Positions 21,352 to 30,642 of a stretch of 64,000 nucleotides of DNA are shown piece after piece. How positions within the stretch are numbered: the first letter of the stretch is position 1; each line of letters opens with the position of its first letter. Below the pieces are notes generated by a model. The model was not told where the DNA came from, searched no databases, and was given only the letters and a program-made list of their open reading frames with translations. The position numbers and the translations under genes are program-made. This DNA is from a virus. Where the stretch lies: the IMG/VR virus record IMGVR_UViG_3300001199_000004, one strand, 5' to 3'.

Positions 21352-21933
21352 TCATAATTTTTTAAGCACACTTTCTGGTGGCTTTTCCCAGCCACGCTTT
21401 TCTACCCACTCAACATCTTCTTTAGATAGCTTATCTAAAGGAACATTAATTTTTTCTCCGTCTTCTTTTTCCATAAAAACAACGCCACTTGTGGCTCTTA
21501 AAAACCTGGCTTTAATTGTGAATTTGCCATCTACACTACTCCAATTATGCCACTTAGAATCCAGTGTTTCTATAGGTACAGATGGAACAAAATTTGATTG
21601 AATTGTTTCTTTAGGCAATTCTTTAATTTCTGGCAATGGTTTTGTGCTTTCTTGCTGTTTTTTTTCCTCAATCATTGTTGTTTTTGGCTCGACCTTAGGA
21701 ACAACAAATGTTGGCACAAATGTTGGTTGTGGATGTGGTCTTTGTTGTTCTTTTCGTGTCTTTTCGCTGTGTTCTATGGCTTCATTAACTACCATGCTAC
21801 CGCCAACACCAATACAAGCAAAACAACCAAATGTAATCACGCATGGCAATACAATAAAAAACAAAACAAGTCCCCAAAATATAGAACTTGCTCCACCGCT
21901 TTGGACCACAACGATTTTTTCTTTTTCGTTCAT
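21352..21933 (-). CDS. Membrane-anchored SHD1 (SLA1 homology domain 1) protein
   Basis: N-terminal TM helix, Pro-rich linker, C-terminal WSSVDGKFTIKARF...EKEDGEKINVPLDKLSKEDVEWV. Confidence 0.8.
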   Translation of the reverse strand: MNEKEKIVVVQSGGASSIFWGLVLFFIVLPCVITFGCFACIGVGGSMVVNEAIEHSEKTRKEQQRPHPQPTFVPTFVVPKVEPKTTMIEEKKQQESTKPLPEIKELPKETIQSNFVPSVPIETLDSKWHNWSSVDGKFTIKARFLRATSGVVFMEKEDGEKINVPLDKLSKEDVEWVEKRGWEKPPESVLKKL

Positions 21934-21949
21934 TTTTTTCCTTTAAGTT

Positions 21950-21981
21950 AAAAAAGCCGCCCAATTATAATTGGGCGGCTT
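21950..21981 (-). terminator. Intrinsic terminator
   Basis: AAGCCGCCCAATT/AATTGGGCGGCTT, with a U-tract on the minus strand. Confidence 0.88.
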
Positions 21982-22012
21982 ATCTGTTTGACTGACTTAG
22001 ACTCAAATTGTT

Positions 22013-22366
22013 TTAGCTATTACGAAGAACCGTCATAATAGACAGAATCTTTTCAAGCTTGGAATAGCCGCCAACTTCCTTGATCAAGTCAGAAACCTTC
22101 ATACAATCTGCCAAGGAAATCTTAGCATCACGAACCTTAGATTCGGCAGGAACACCAGTTTCCCGCACACCTTGATCACGTTGCAAACGAAGCAAATCCT
22201 TGCGACGAACATTGTAAATCATGGTGTCGTCTACAACAAGCTTCTTCTTCTTGAGGCCCTTACGAACCATTTCAACCCAACCCTTTGGCGGTGTCTCATT
22301 CATCGCACCAATGGATTGAAGAATCTCACGAATAACATCGCTGCGATTGATTGTACTAGCTGCCAT
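22013..22366 (-). CDS. Small basic putative DNA-binding protein
   Basis: NRSDVIREIL...PKGWVEMVRKGLKKKKLVV...IYNVRR resembles small winged-helix-like proteins; last gene before the terminator. Confidence 0.4.
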   Translation of the reverse strand: MAASTINRSDVIREILQSIGAMNETPPKGWVEMVRKGLKKKKLVVDDTMIYNVRRKDLLRLQRDQGVRETGVPAESKVRDAKISLADCMKVSDLIKEVGGYSKLEKILSIMTVLRNS

Positions 22367-22394
22367 TGTTCAAATATCCTTTTCAAAAATGAAG

Positions 22395-22427
22395 ATTCCC
22401 TTGTCAAGACCACCTTGACAAGGGAAT
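22395..22427. repeat. 14-bp perfect inverted repeat (terminator or operator) between two DNA-binding genes
   Basis: ATTCCCTTGTCAAG-accac-CTTGACAAGGGAAT. Confidence 0.75.
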
Positions 22428-22443
22428 TTCATTGTACCGCACT

Positions 22444-22995
22444 TTACTTGGCATCTACCAAGAAATACTCAAGTTCATCAGTCTTGTTCAACTGACCTTC
22501 ATTCTTGAGGCCATTCAAACCTTGATAAACCATGTTCTTGAAGTCTTTTGCCTTGGAGGCATAATTCTTCTTATGCAAAGCTTCGATAAAGTAGCCAATT
22601 GGCTTCGGTTCACCAGCTTCGCGTGCAATATCAAGGCACAATTCACCAAGCGACTTCTTGTCGCTTACAGGGGCTGCAGGACTGCCTTCTGTCTCACTTG
22701 GAGCAGCAGTTTTATCTTTCTTCGGCGGACGACCGCGACGCTTTGGTTCAGTGGATTCACCCGACTTGTCCTTTGGCGGACGGCCTCGACCACGCTTAAC
22801 GGGAGCTTCGGTTTCCGTTTCAGCCTTAACCTTGGATTTCTTCTTCTTCTTTGTAGAAGTAAGAGAAACTTGGCCACCATCGGCCAACTTAGCAAGCTCT
22901 TTCAACAAAGCTAATGCACGTTGGGCAACTTGCACGCCTGCTTGAGCCTTCACAACATTCTTTTCGGCCACGATAATTTCTTGACGCCAACTCAT
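22444..22995 (-). CDS. AT-hook nucleoid-associated protein with probable C-terminal winged helix
   Basis: KRGRGRPPK and RRGRPPKK AT-hooks, N-terminal coiled coil, C-terminal helical/HTH-like domain. Confidence 0.7.
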   Translation of the reverse strand: MSWRQEIIVAEKNVVKAQAGVQVAQRALALLKELAKLADGGQVSLTSTKKKKKSKVKAETETEAPVKRGRGRPPKDKSGESTEPKRRGRPPKKDKTAAPSETEGSPAAPVSDKKSLGELCLDIAREAGEPKPIGYFIEALHKKNYASKAKDFKNMVYQGLNGLKNEGQLNKTDELEYFLVDAK

Positions 22996-23146
22996 AACAC
23001 ACACCTTTCATTGTTTCCTGTGATATCAGCCGGTCAACCGACAATTTTTATCACCACAATATCATAATACCCAGCAGACCAATATTTTAAAGCAACATTC
23101 CATGAATAATATTCAGAATAATGTTTTGAATATAGCCTTATTTGTT

Positions 23147-23614
23147 TTATGTTGTTTGCCCATAAGGACTTAAAGCTTCTAAAATAATCCCCTTAACTCT
23201 GTGATATTCTGGAGAGTTAATGTCACAAATCTCGCGAATCCAATACACCACTGCATCAACTGCATAACGGGAATTGTGTTCTTTGACCCGAAAAGCCCAA
23301 TCTACAATCTCTTCATCAGTGTAAACATCACCAGCTTTTTTGAGCTTAATAGGACAAGCACCAGCAGGAGTAAGAATTTTGCCGAATACAGTGGCTTTGG
23401 GTTGAGGAACAATGTTTGGTGTCCCAAAAACTTCTTCTGGGTTGTCCTTTGGTTTTACTTCTGAGCTAACTGGTCTAGCTACAATTTCTACCTTGGGCTT
23501 TTCTACCACCTTAGAGGGGAAAGATTTTTGAAATGAATATCCACAATCGCAAGATTGTGATCTAACCCCTAACTCTTTTTTACATTCAGGGCAAACTTTT
23601 TTACCTTTTGGCAT
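23147..23614 (-). CDS. N-terminal zinc-ribbon protein
   Basis: CPECKKELGVRSQSCDCGYSF. Confidence 0.55.
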   Translation of the reverse strand: MPKGKKVCPECKKELGVRSQSCDCGYSFQKSFPSKVVEKPKVEIVARPVSSEVKPKDNPEEVFGTPNIVPQPKATVFGKILTPAGACPIKLKKAGDVYTDEEIVDWAFRVKEHNSRYAVDAVVYWIREICDINSPEYHRVKGIILEALSPYGQTT

Positions 23615-24411
23615 TCTAATTCCTTTAATTTGTTATCGATCTTTCTCGGGTTTCTTGCGGAAGCTCCATTTTTTATCAAATCCTTTAATTTCAACCATGT
23701 CTTTATCAGAAGGAACAGGGACAAATGGCTCTGGTTTAGCAATATTAGAAAGATATGCTGTCAATTCTTGGTATGCCGTATAAGGGTCAATCACCCTAGC
23801 AAACTCAACATCCCTCAAACAAGGATTGATGATCATGTTTTTGTACTCTGTTTTTCCACCAACAGCTTTATCATTGTGCCTATCAACAAAAAAGATAGGA
23901 GCTTTGTATTCTTCAAAAACATGCTTGTACATATCTCGACCACCTTCACAACGATCAAAATATGCCGCCAAGTCACTTTTCATAGAAGTGTCTCTACCAC
24001 GGGACCATTTACTAGTCAATCCCTTACAATAATATTCCCAATCTGATTTGTTTAATTGTTTTTCAAAAAATTGGTCTATATCTTCGGAATTGAAGCAAAA
24101 AGCATTAGGATAATTTATGTTTTTTCTATAAGAAACAATGTCTGACATTGCATTCCATTTGTGGAAGCAAGCATCCTTATAAGAAACCAAATAAACAACA
24201 GGATAAACTTTACCGCAAAAACCTACTGTATAGCTTGTTGCAGAGATGTTTTTGAAATTTCTCTCAAAACTCCCAAAACCAGAATTAAATCTATAATGAT
24301 CAAATTCGTACCTGTTGGGCCTTTCTTCTCTTTTGCGGACATACAACAACTCATGGTCATGTCCCAAAGACATGCCAATATCGTAAAAATCCTTAAAATC
24401 AGAAACAATTT

Positions 24412-25440
24412 TCATACAAGTAAATCGCTAATAGAATCGTTTTCGCCTTGATTGTGAATGCGTTTAATGGCCTTGGCGAATAAAGCTGTAGTAGAAACGA
24501 CATGCACCTTATCAGAAATAGCTTTGCTTTTTAACCTAAACGGTCGAATTGTATCGGCAACCACAATTTTGGGAATATCAATCAAAAACTCATCAGCATG
24601 ACCACCCACAAACAATCCGTGAGGGGCACAAATGGCGTAAGTCTCACCACCAGCCTCTTTTACGGTCTTATCCGCTTCGTACATGCTCTTACCAGAACTA
24701 ATCATATCATCGTAAATAATAACCTTCTTGCCTGCAACATTGCCGCTAATTTTATTAGCCTTAATGACTCGTCCAATGTGAGATTTGTCAACTTGTGCCA
24801 ATTCAATATCAACGCCAAGCAATGCCGAAAGTTTATTTCGGAAATAACGTGTGCGTTCTACACCACCAGAATCGGGGGACAAAATACAAATATTATCCTT
24901 GACTCCATCACTCACCAAAATTCTTGAAAAATACTCTGCAAACAAGTTCTTAGCTTCCAAATGGTCTGTTGGGCAACGGAAACCTGTTTGAAAAGCAGAG
25001 AGATTATGTACATCCATCGTTAAAACACGGTTAATGCCGATGCTCTCACAAAGGACAGGCACGTATTTTGTATAAATGGGGGCTCTTGGCTGAACCTTTC
25101 TATCTTGCCGCATCCAAGACATATAAGGAGCTACCAATGTAATTCTGTTGGCAGAGGCATCTTTCAACATGCCACAAAAGAACAACGCCTTAACCAGCTT
25201 ATCTGCAGGGCTTTCTTTTTCATCACCGTACAAAGAGCTAATTACGTATGCATCGCAACCTCTTACATTGCTTTTTGAGTCAATGTAAAATTCGCCGTCA
25301 TCAAACAATTCATCTGTATGGCTACAGAGTGGAATGTCTAAATGTTCAGCTACTTTTTGAGCATAATGTGCTGAATCTCCCAAACCAAAAATTTTAAGGC
25401 TCGGCACGAAAGTCTCCATATTTATCTCCTTGGGTATCAT
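24412..25440 (-). CDS. prs: Ribose-phosphate pyrophosphokinase (Prs-like)
   Basis: FDDGE, NVRGCD, LKDASANRITLVAPY, RQDRK, SPDSGGVER, IYDDMISSG. Confidence 0.92.
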   Translation of the reverse strand: MIPKEINMETFVPSLKIFGLGDSAHYAQKVAEHLDIPLCSHTDELFDDGEFYIDSKSNVRGCDAYVISSLYGDEKESPADKLVKALFFCGMLKDASANRITLVAPYMSWMRQDRKVQPRAPIYTKYVPVLCESIGINRVLTMDVHNLSAFQTGFRCPTDHLEAKNLFAEYFSRILVSDGVKDNICILSPDSGGVERTRYFRNKLSALLGVDIELAQVDKSHIGRVIKANKISGNVAGKKVIIYDDMISSGKSMYEADKTVKEAGGETYAICAPHGLFVGGHADEFLIDIPKIVVADTIRPFRLKSKAISDKVHVVSTTALFAKAIKRIHNQGENDSISDLLV

Positions 25441-25462
25441 TATACCTCAAGAAGATGGTATT

Positions 25463-25990
25463 TTAAGAATCTAACTGAGAAAAAACGTACTCCAAAATTC
25501 CAAAATAATCTAAAGTCTTGAAAGTTTCGTATTTTTGATTATTCTCATCCAGAACTTGTTTTATCTTTTCGTCCATCTCTACTGCTTCGTTATACGTCTC
25601 ATATCTACCAGCCAAATCATAATTAATTCCAGATCTATCTAAAAAGATATTACAACAGGGGTATTTTTTGTCGAATTCTTTGCTAATATTCAATAAAGAT
25701 TCCCAAGCTGGAAATTCGTATTTTTTGGCATAAGCACATTGCATCAACACAGGAGAATCTGTAATGATGTTTTTAACACCACTTTGGAACAAAATATCTT
25801 CGGCTTGAAGTTGTTTACCAAAAACATAGCATTGATCAAAAGACTTGGGAACTCTGCCAAGATATGCCCATTTTTTAATATATTCTGAAATCAATTCTAT
25901 AGATTGACTACGGGCCTTCAAATCACCATAGACCTTGGCAGCAATGGCAGATTTACCCGCACCCGGCCCTGCAAATAGCGAGATACGCAT
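25463..25990 (-). CDS. NadR/AAA_28-like P-loop ATPase/kinase
   Basis: FAGPGAGKS, ISEYIK, IITDSP, GRYE. Confidence 0.75.
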   Translation of the reverse strand: MRISLFAGPGAGKSAIAAKVYGDLKARSQSIELISEYIKKWAYLGRVPKSFDQCYVFGKQLQAEDILFQSGVKNIITDSPVLMQCAYAKKYEFPAWESLLNISKEFDKKYPCCNIFLDRSGINYDLAGRYETYNEAVEMDEKIKQVLDENNQKYETFKTLDYFGILEYVFSQLDS

Positions 25991-26475
25991 TTATTTTTCC
26001 CTAATTTAATGGCAAATAAACAGATATTATACAAATGAATTATCTGGTTGTTTCAGATATTATAGCGTCCGAACACGCATTGAAATCAATCTATTAAAAT
26101 AAACTATCTAAATCAACAAAAACCCTCACATATTTTCATATCCACAACACAAGACATCCAATGATAAAATGGATTAACTAATATTAAAAGTATTGAGGAC
26201 GACCTGGAAATCATCGAAGGAATAATCGGCTTCTCTAAAAGCCAAGACAAATATAATTTCTTCGTCTTTTACATTGTTTTGAGCCTTAATTTGCTCAATA
26301 TCCAACACTTTGATTTTGTTTAAAAGCCACCATAAAGACATCAACCGATTACTCAATTTGGATTCAATAATTCTGCCACAATGTAAACAACTAGTAAGCC
26401 CGTCATTGACAGGTGTATCCAAATGTCTACCGCAAAAGGGACATATGTTCATATACTTATTTATCCGTTTAAAAT

Positions 26476-26506
26476 AAAAAAAGATGGGAATTTCTTCCCA
26501 TCTTTT
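26476..26506 (-). terminator. Intrinsic terminator after the ParB-like gene
   Basis: AAAAGATGGGAA-tttc-TTCCCATCTTTT, with a U-tract on the minus strand. Confidence 0.85.
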
Positions 26507-26514
26507 CTATAGAA

Positions 26515-26603
26515 CTTGTGTGCTAGTCTTCTAACGGCCCCTTCCTGGCTTCAGGGGCAGGCTGCTTTAACAAGGCTTGGGTAAGTGACTACCCCGCCAC
26601 AAG
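26515..26603 (-). ncRNA. Candidate structured RNA of unknown family
   Basis: GC-rich island closed by CTTGTG/CACAAG, with internal hairpins GGGTA/TACCC and GCCCCT/AGGGGC. Confidence 0.35.
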
Positions 26604-26604
26604 C

Positions 26605-27882
26605 TTATTCTTCAACAGTGAACCCACCAGACAAATCCAAGTCATCATCGGCAGAGGCGGCAGCAACCAAAAACTCTTGATAAGTCTGTATGATTTCCTT
26701 GACTTCCGTGTTGCCATCCAAAATACCCTTAACCAAATCAAAGGCAAAATTAAGAGTGTCAACAGGAATTTCCAAATCATCATCACGACCTTCATTTTGA
26801 ATCATTTGATCCAAATAGTCATAATAAAATTTGCGAATTTTTGGTTCACGCAAGCAATTGTTAACATTTCCAGCAAGCTCTTCACCAGCAACATCTTTAA
26901 TTGCCTTTCGAGCTTGCTTGCTTTTCACAACAGGCTTAACAGTATCGCGATGTTTTTTAGTACGCTCAAGCTTTTGTTCCGCTTGTTCAACGGTTTCTTC
27001 GGCTTCTTCCACTGCTTCATTGGAAATTCCAGCAAGAGTTTTGTCCGCCTGGGCAAGTTCCAACTCTTCTTCACAGTTTTCAACTTGCTTCTGGATTTTC
27101 TCAATCTTGTCTTGCCAAACAACTTCACTAGCTTGTTTGGCTTTTTGCAGACATTCCAATCTCGTGTCGATATTCTCGACCTTCAAAAGCTCTTGAGCAG
27201 CTTCACGAGCAATATTGCCTTCAATCCAATCATTAAGAGTCGTCATGTCCAAATTAGCAATAAGCTTATCCGTCTCACGCAACCATTGAACTTTTTTATG
27301 CAAAATGTTCAAAATTTGTTCGTCAGACGCTTTTGCTTGTCGCAGTTGAACCAACATGGCGACATCATGACCTTCACTCAGATTTACACGACAGGCATTT
27401 TCATCATAAGCATAAGCCAATGCTTCCAAATCATCTTTGGCAACATAAACTTGCATGAGAATTTGTGCGTAAACTACATCGGCAGGATGGTTTTCATATT
27501 CAAAACAGCTTTCTTCTGTATTGAACCTAGCGTTGCCTGTGTCACGAACCATCTCTTTCTTGGAGATCAAGTAAGAAATTGCACGATAGCGACGCTCACC
27601 ACCAACCAATTGAGGATAATATTTGCCATCATCCTCCTTTACCCAACGAGCAACCAACGGATTCATCAAACCACGATCTTTAATGGACTTGCGAATATCT
27701 TGCGATTGTTCTTTGTCCAAAATCACTGCCTCGCCAGATTGTGTCAATCCACGAGGATTTGAAAACTTATATTCTCCGTTAGAGTTTTCAGAACGTTCGG
27801 CCAAACGTAGCAAATCAAAATTTACCAAATACAACGAATTCGTTAAATGCTTCACACCATCAGGCAACGATAGTTCTTTCAT
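26605..27882 (-). CDS. ParB/Srx-domain protein with acidic coiled-coil C-terminus
   Basis: NPRG, IRKSIKDRGLMNPLVAR, LVGGERRYRAI (ParB GxxRxxA motif). Confidence 0.82.
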   Translation of the reverse strand: MKELSLPDGVKHLTNSLYLVNFDLLRLAERSENSNGEYKFSNPRGLTQSGEAVILDKEQSQDIRKSIKDRGLMNPLVARWVKEDDGKYYPQLVGGERRYRAISYLISKKEMVRDTGNARFNTEESCFEYENHPADVVYAQILMQVYVAKDDLEALAYAYDENACRVNLSEGHDVAMLVQLRQAKASDEQILNILHKKVQWLRETDKLIANLDMTTLNDWIEGNIAREAAQELLKVENIDTRLECLQKAKQASEVVWQDKIEKIQKQVENCEEELELAQADKTLAGISNEAVEEAEETVEQAEQKLERTKKHRDTVKPVVKSKQARKAIKDVAGEELAGNVNNCLREPKIRKFYYDYLDQMIQNEGRDDDLEIPVDTLNFAFDLVKGILDGNTEVKEIIQTYQEFLVAAASADDDLDLSGGFTVEE

Positions 27883-27932
27883 ACAAATCCTTTTTTTCTA
27901 AAACCAAGCCGTTTTGGAACACCACCAAAACT

Positions 27933-28565
27933 TTACAAATTATAGCCTTTATCCACAGCAAAAGGCTTTCGACACCGAATCAACCAATTCGTCTCATAAT
28001 ATTTGTCGCCAAAATAATCTAACACAGAATCAATCTTCTTTAATACCAACCCCTCAATTTTAGGATTGTTCAAAGATTCATTAAATCGTGCAACAAAATT
28101 ATTTTGAAAGGTTTCTGCCAACCATAGATGGTCAGATATCCGCAAGGCTAGTCTATCTTCAACCAACTCACTTGGCAAGCCACAAATTTGAGATAACATA
28201 TCCAAACGCTTTAAAAGTTTTGGACCGCCAAACAAATACTTATCTACATGCAAAACATCGTAGAAAACAATCTCTTTATTAGAATTTGGCGTTTTGGACA
28301 TAATCTCAGAGTCCAGCCAATACTCTATTCCTTTTTCAAGGTGCAGATATTTTAAAATTTCTTGGGTGTGAGTGATCGAAAAAGTGCTTTGTGGCAACCC
28401 ATCTCTTGTAAAACACTCAACATTTCCATTTTGCCTAATGTGAACTAGGTTTCGGCAACCGTTAAATTTACGTTGAGCTACCCATCGACCTGACTTCTCA
28501 TAGAAAGGCAGATCAGCAGGATTCATCTTCCCAACAGGACGCGGCGGATAAACAAAAGCAGCCAT
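27933..28565 (-). CDS. Minimal ATP-dependent ligase (nucleotidyltransferase domain only)
   Basis: Motif I QRKFNG, III LDSEI, IIIa FYDVL, IV EGLVLK, V WLIRCRK; ends without an OB domain. Confidence 0.75.
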   Translation of the reverse strand: MAAFVYPPRPVGKMNPADLPFYEKSGRWVAQRKFNGCRNLVHIRQNGNVECFTRDGLPQSTFSITHTQEILKYLHLEKGIEYWLDSEIMSKTPNSNKEIVFYDVLHVDKYLFGGPKLLKRLDMLSQICGLPSELVEDRLALRISDHLWLAETFQNNFVARFNESLNNPKIEGLVLKKIDSVLDYFGDKYYETNWLIRCRKPFAVDKGYNL

Positions 28566-28591
28566 AGGGGGATACTATACTCCCCTATGGC
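28561..28591 (-). promoter_or_regulatory. Hairpin occluding the SD and start codon of the ligase gene
   Basis: GCCATAGGGG/CCCCTATGGC 10-bp stem; SD-like AGGGGAG in the 5' arm, ATG in the 3' arm. Confidence 0.6.
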
Positions 28592-28619
28592 TGAATATCA
28601 ATCAGATTCCAAAAATTAT

Positions 28620-29234
28620 CTAGGAAGCGAAAATTCTCCGGGGCTCTCTAGCATCTGACATAAACAGTTCAGGAAATTCGTCCAAATTAATAAAATCAGA
28701 AGATTCTTTCATCAAATTATGCGAACAAAAGTCTTTGAAGAAAGCAACTTCAACATCAATTCCCGTTTCATCCTGAATGCGTCTTACTGTGCGAGCATAA
28801 TCAGCATCACCAGAAACTAAAACGAATGCGTCAAATTTCCCTGTTCTAGATAATGTTGCCATATCATATACTACTTCACAATCCAAGCCCTTTTCCATCA
28901 ACTTCTTCTCTTCATGACCATCTACACTGAACTTACGTTCAGACAACGGTAGCTCTACCAACGTATAACCAAACAACTCATTAAGCTTGTCATAAAATTG
29001 ACGTTGTTTGTTATTGGCTTCATCAAATACGGGTGGTGAGCTATAGTAAAACCGAATGGTAGCTTTTCTGCCATCTGATAGAACATCTGTCAATCTATCG
29101 TAGTCAATCTTCTTTCCTTGATTTCTCAACGAATGATACAAATTTGAGTTGTCAATAAAGATGCAAACTCTTTCGTGGCTTTTGATTGCGTCAAGTATTT
29201 CACCGATGCTCTTAACTGGGGTGGTTGTGATCAT
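28620..29234 (-). CDS. NYN/LabA (PIN-fold) ribonuclease
   Basis: IFIDNSNLY, EKGLDCE, VLVSGDADY. Confidence 0.9.
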   Translation of the reverse strand: MITTTPVKSIGEILDAIKSHERVCIFIDNSNLYHSLRNQGKKIDYDRLTDVLSDGRKATIRFYYSSPPVFDEANNKQRQFYDKLNELFGYTLVELPLSERKFSVDGHEEKKLMEKGLDCEVVYDMATLSRTGKFDAFVLVSGDADYARTVRRIQDETGIDVEVAFFKDFCSHNLMKESSDFINLDEFPELFMSDAREPRRIFAS

Positions 29235-29345
29235 AACAAACCTTTCGATGGGGATTAGATAAACTTGTGGTATAATGTTCCCTAGCAACACTTATACCAC
29301 TTGGATTTAATACAAAGTCTGTGAAAATCATCACAAAGTAATACG

Positions 29346-30527
29346 ATGCAAAAAGACCAAATCTTAGAACTGAATACAAGCCCTCACAAAGCTGTAATAG
29401 CTTTAACTGGTGGAGGAACGATTGCTTTAGGCGAGCTTCTCAAATATGGACAAGGATCAAATAAACTATTAGAAGCTTATGTGCCCTATGATACAAAAGC
29501 GTTAGATTCATATATCCATAACAAATGTGGCAAACTTCCGTTCAAATATTGCAGTGCTGAAACGGCACAAGTCATAGCCCTACAATCATTTCGTCGAGCT
29601 AAACAATTGACAAAGGACAATTGTATAGGTATTGGCATGACTTGCTCTTTAGCTAAAGATCATGAAAGACCAGACCGCACACACAACCTCTACTTAGCCA
29701 TTCAAACAGAACGATTCATTTCTTCTCACTTCCTAAAACTGAACGATTCCAGGGAACAAGAAGAGCTTTTAGCGGCAGAATTCGTCCTAAACGCCTTAGC
29801 TTTCGCTTGCGACAAAGCAAACGATTTGATGGGAATGTCCACAAATGTCTGCTATTCTCTGCTGTCTGAAAGCTATTCTAACATGCTAGCAGGGAACGTC
29901 AAGTATTTTAATGCAAAAGATTGGAGTTGTGATAAACCACATCCCGAGCCCGTTATTTTTCCAGGGTCATTCAATCCTATACATAATGGACACATAAATG
30001 TGCTGAAACACGCACACCGAATTACACAAAAACCCATTACATTGGAAATATCCCTCCAAAATGTGGATAAGCCAGAAGTAGATTATTTGAGTTTTTGTGA
30101 ACGACGAGATAAAATCGCTCTAGCCCTTTCGGGTGAGCCAAATTGCAATAACCTTATCATTACCAATGCTCCTACATTCCTTGAAAAAGCAATTATCTTC
30201 CCAGGTGCTACCTTTATTGTGGGGGATGACACCCTACTAAGAATCATGGATGCTCAATATTACCCCAAGGGACAATACGTTGAAGCTATTGAAAAACTAA
30301 ATGATCTCAAAACAAAATTTTTGGTCTTTCCAAGAAAAGTTAATGGTGTTACAAAAACAAAACAAGAAGTGAGAGAACTAATCCCCTCACTTCTTGTTGA
30401 TAATTGTACTTATGTAGAAGACTTTGAAACCGCTGAAATCTCCTCTACGGAAATTAGAGATTTAAAAGAGCCTCTGGCTACATATGGTCACTGCCGCAAC
30501 ATATCCCCCTTTGACACCACTGCATAA
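29346..30527 (+). CDS. CinA-like domain fused to a NadD-like nucleotidyltransferase
   Basis: TGGG..ALGELL, FPGSFNPIHNGH (HxGH), FIVGDDT, ISSTEIR. Confidence 0.78.
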   Translation: MQKDQILELNTSPHKAVIALTGGGTIALGELLKYGQGSNKLLEAYVPYDTKALDSYIHNKCGKLPFKYCSAETAQVIALQSFRRAKQLTKDNCIGIGMTCSLAKDHERPDRTHNLYLAIQTERFISSHFLKLNDSREQEELLAAEFVLNALAFACDKANDLMGMSTNVCYSLLSESYSNMLAGNVKYFNAKDWSCDKPHPEPVIFPGSFNPIHNGHINVLKHAHRITQKPITLEISLQNVDKPEVDYLSFCERRDKIALALSGEPNCNNLIITNAPTFLEKAIIFPGATFIVGDDTLLRIMDAQYYPKGQYVEAIEKLNDLKTKFLVFPRKVNGVTKTKQEVRELIPSLLVDNCTYVEDFETAEISSTEIRDLKEPLATYGHCRNISPFDTTA

Positions 30528-30642
30528 AGTATTGTATCTTGAACATTTTGGGTTAAAATACTTCCAAATCACAGTTTTACTTGCAGGACTCCCCGCCGAG
30601 TTGGTATAACTACATTTCATAATTGGCCTCCTTTTAGATAAT

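Noticed and set aside
26515-26603. Twister or hammerhead ribozyme, or SRP RNA, identity
   Set aside because: TTAAAGCAGC resembles the twister cleavage segment, but the P4 and pseudoknot partners are missing. No CUGAnGA/GAAA core or SRP motif.
26677-27762. 361-aa plus-strand ORF
   Set aside because: Antisense shadow of the ParB-like gene with no recognisable motifs or RBS. The same applies to most short overlapping ORFs in the track.
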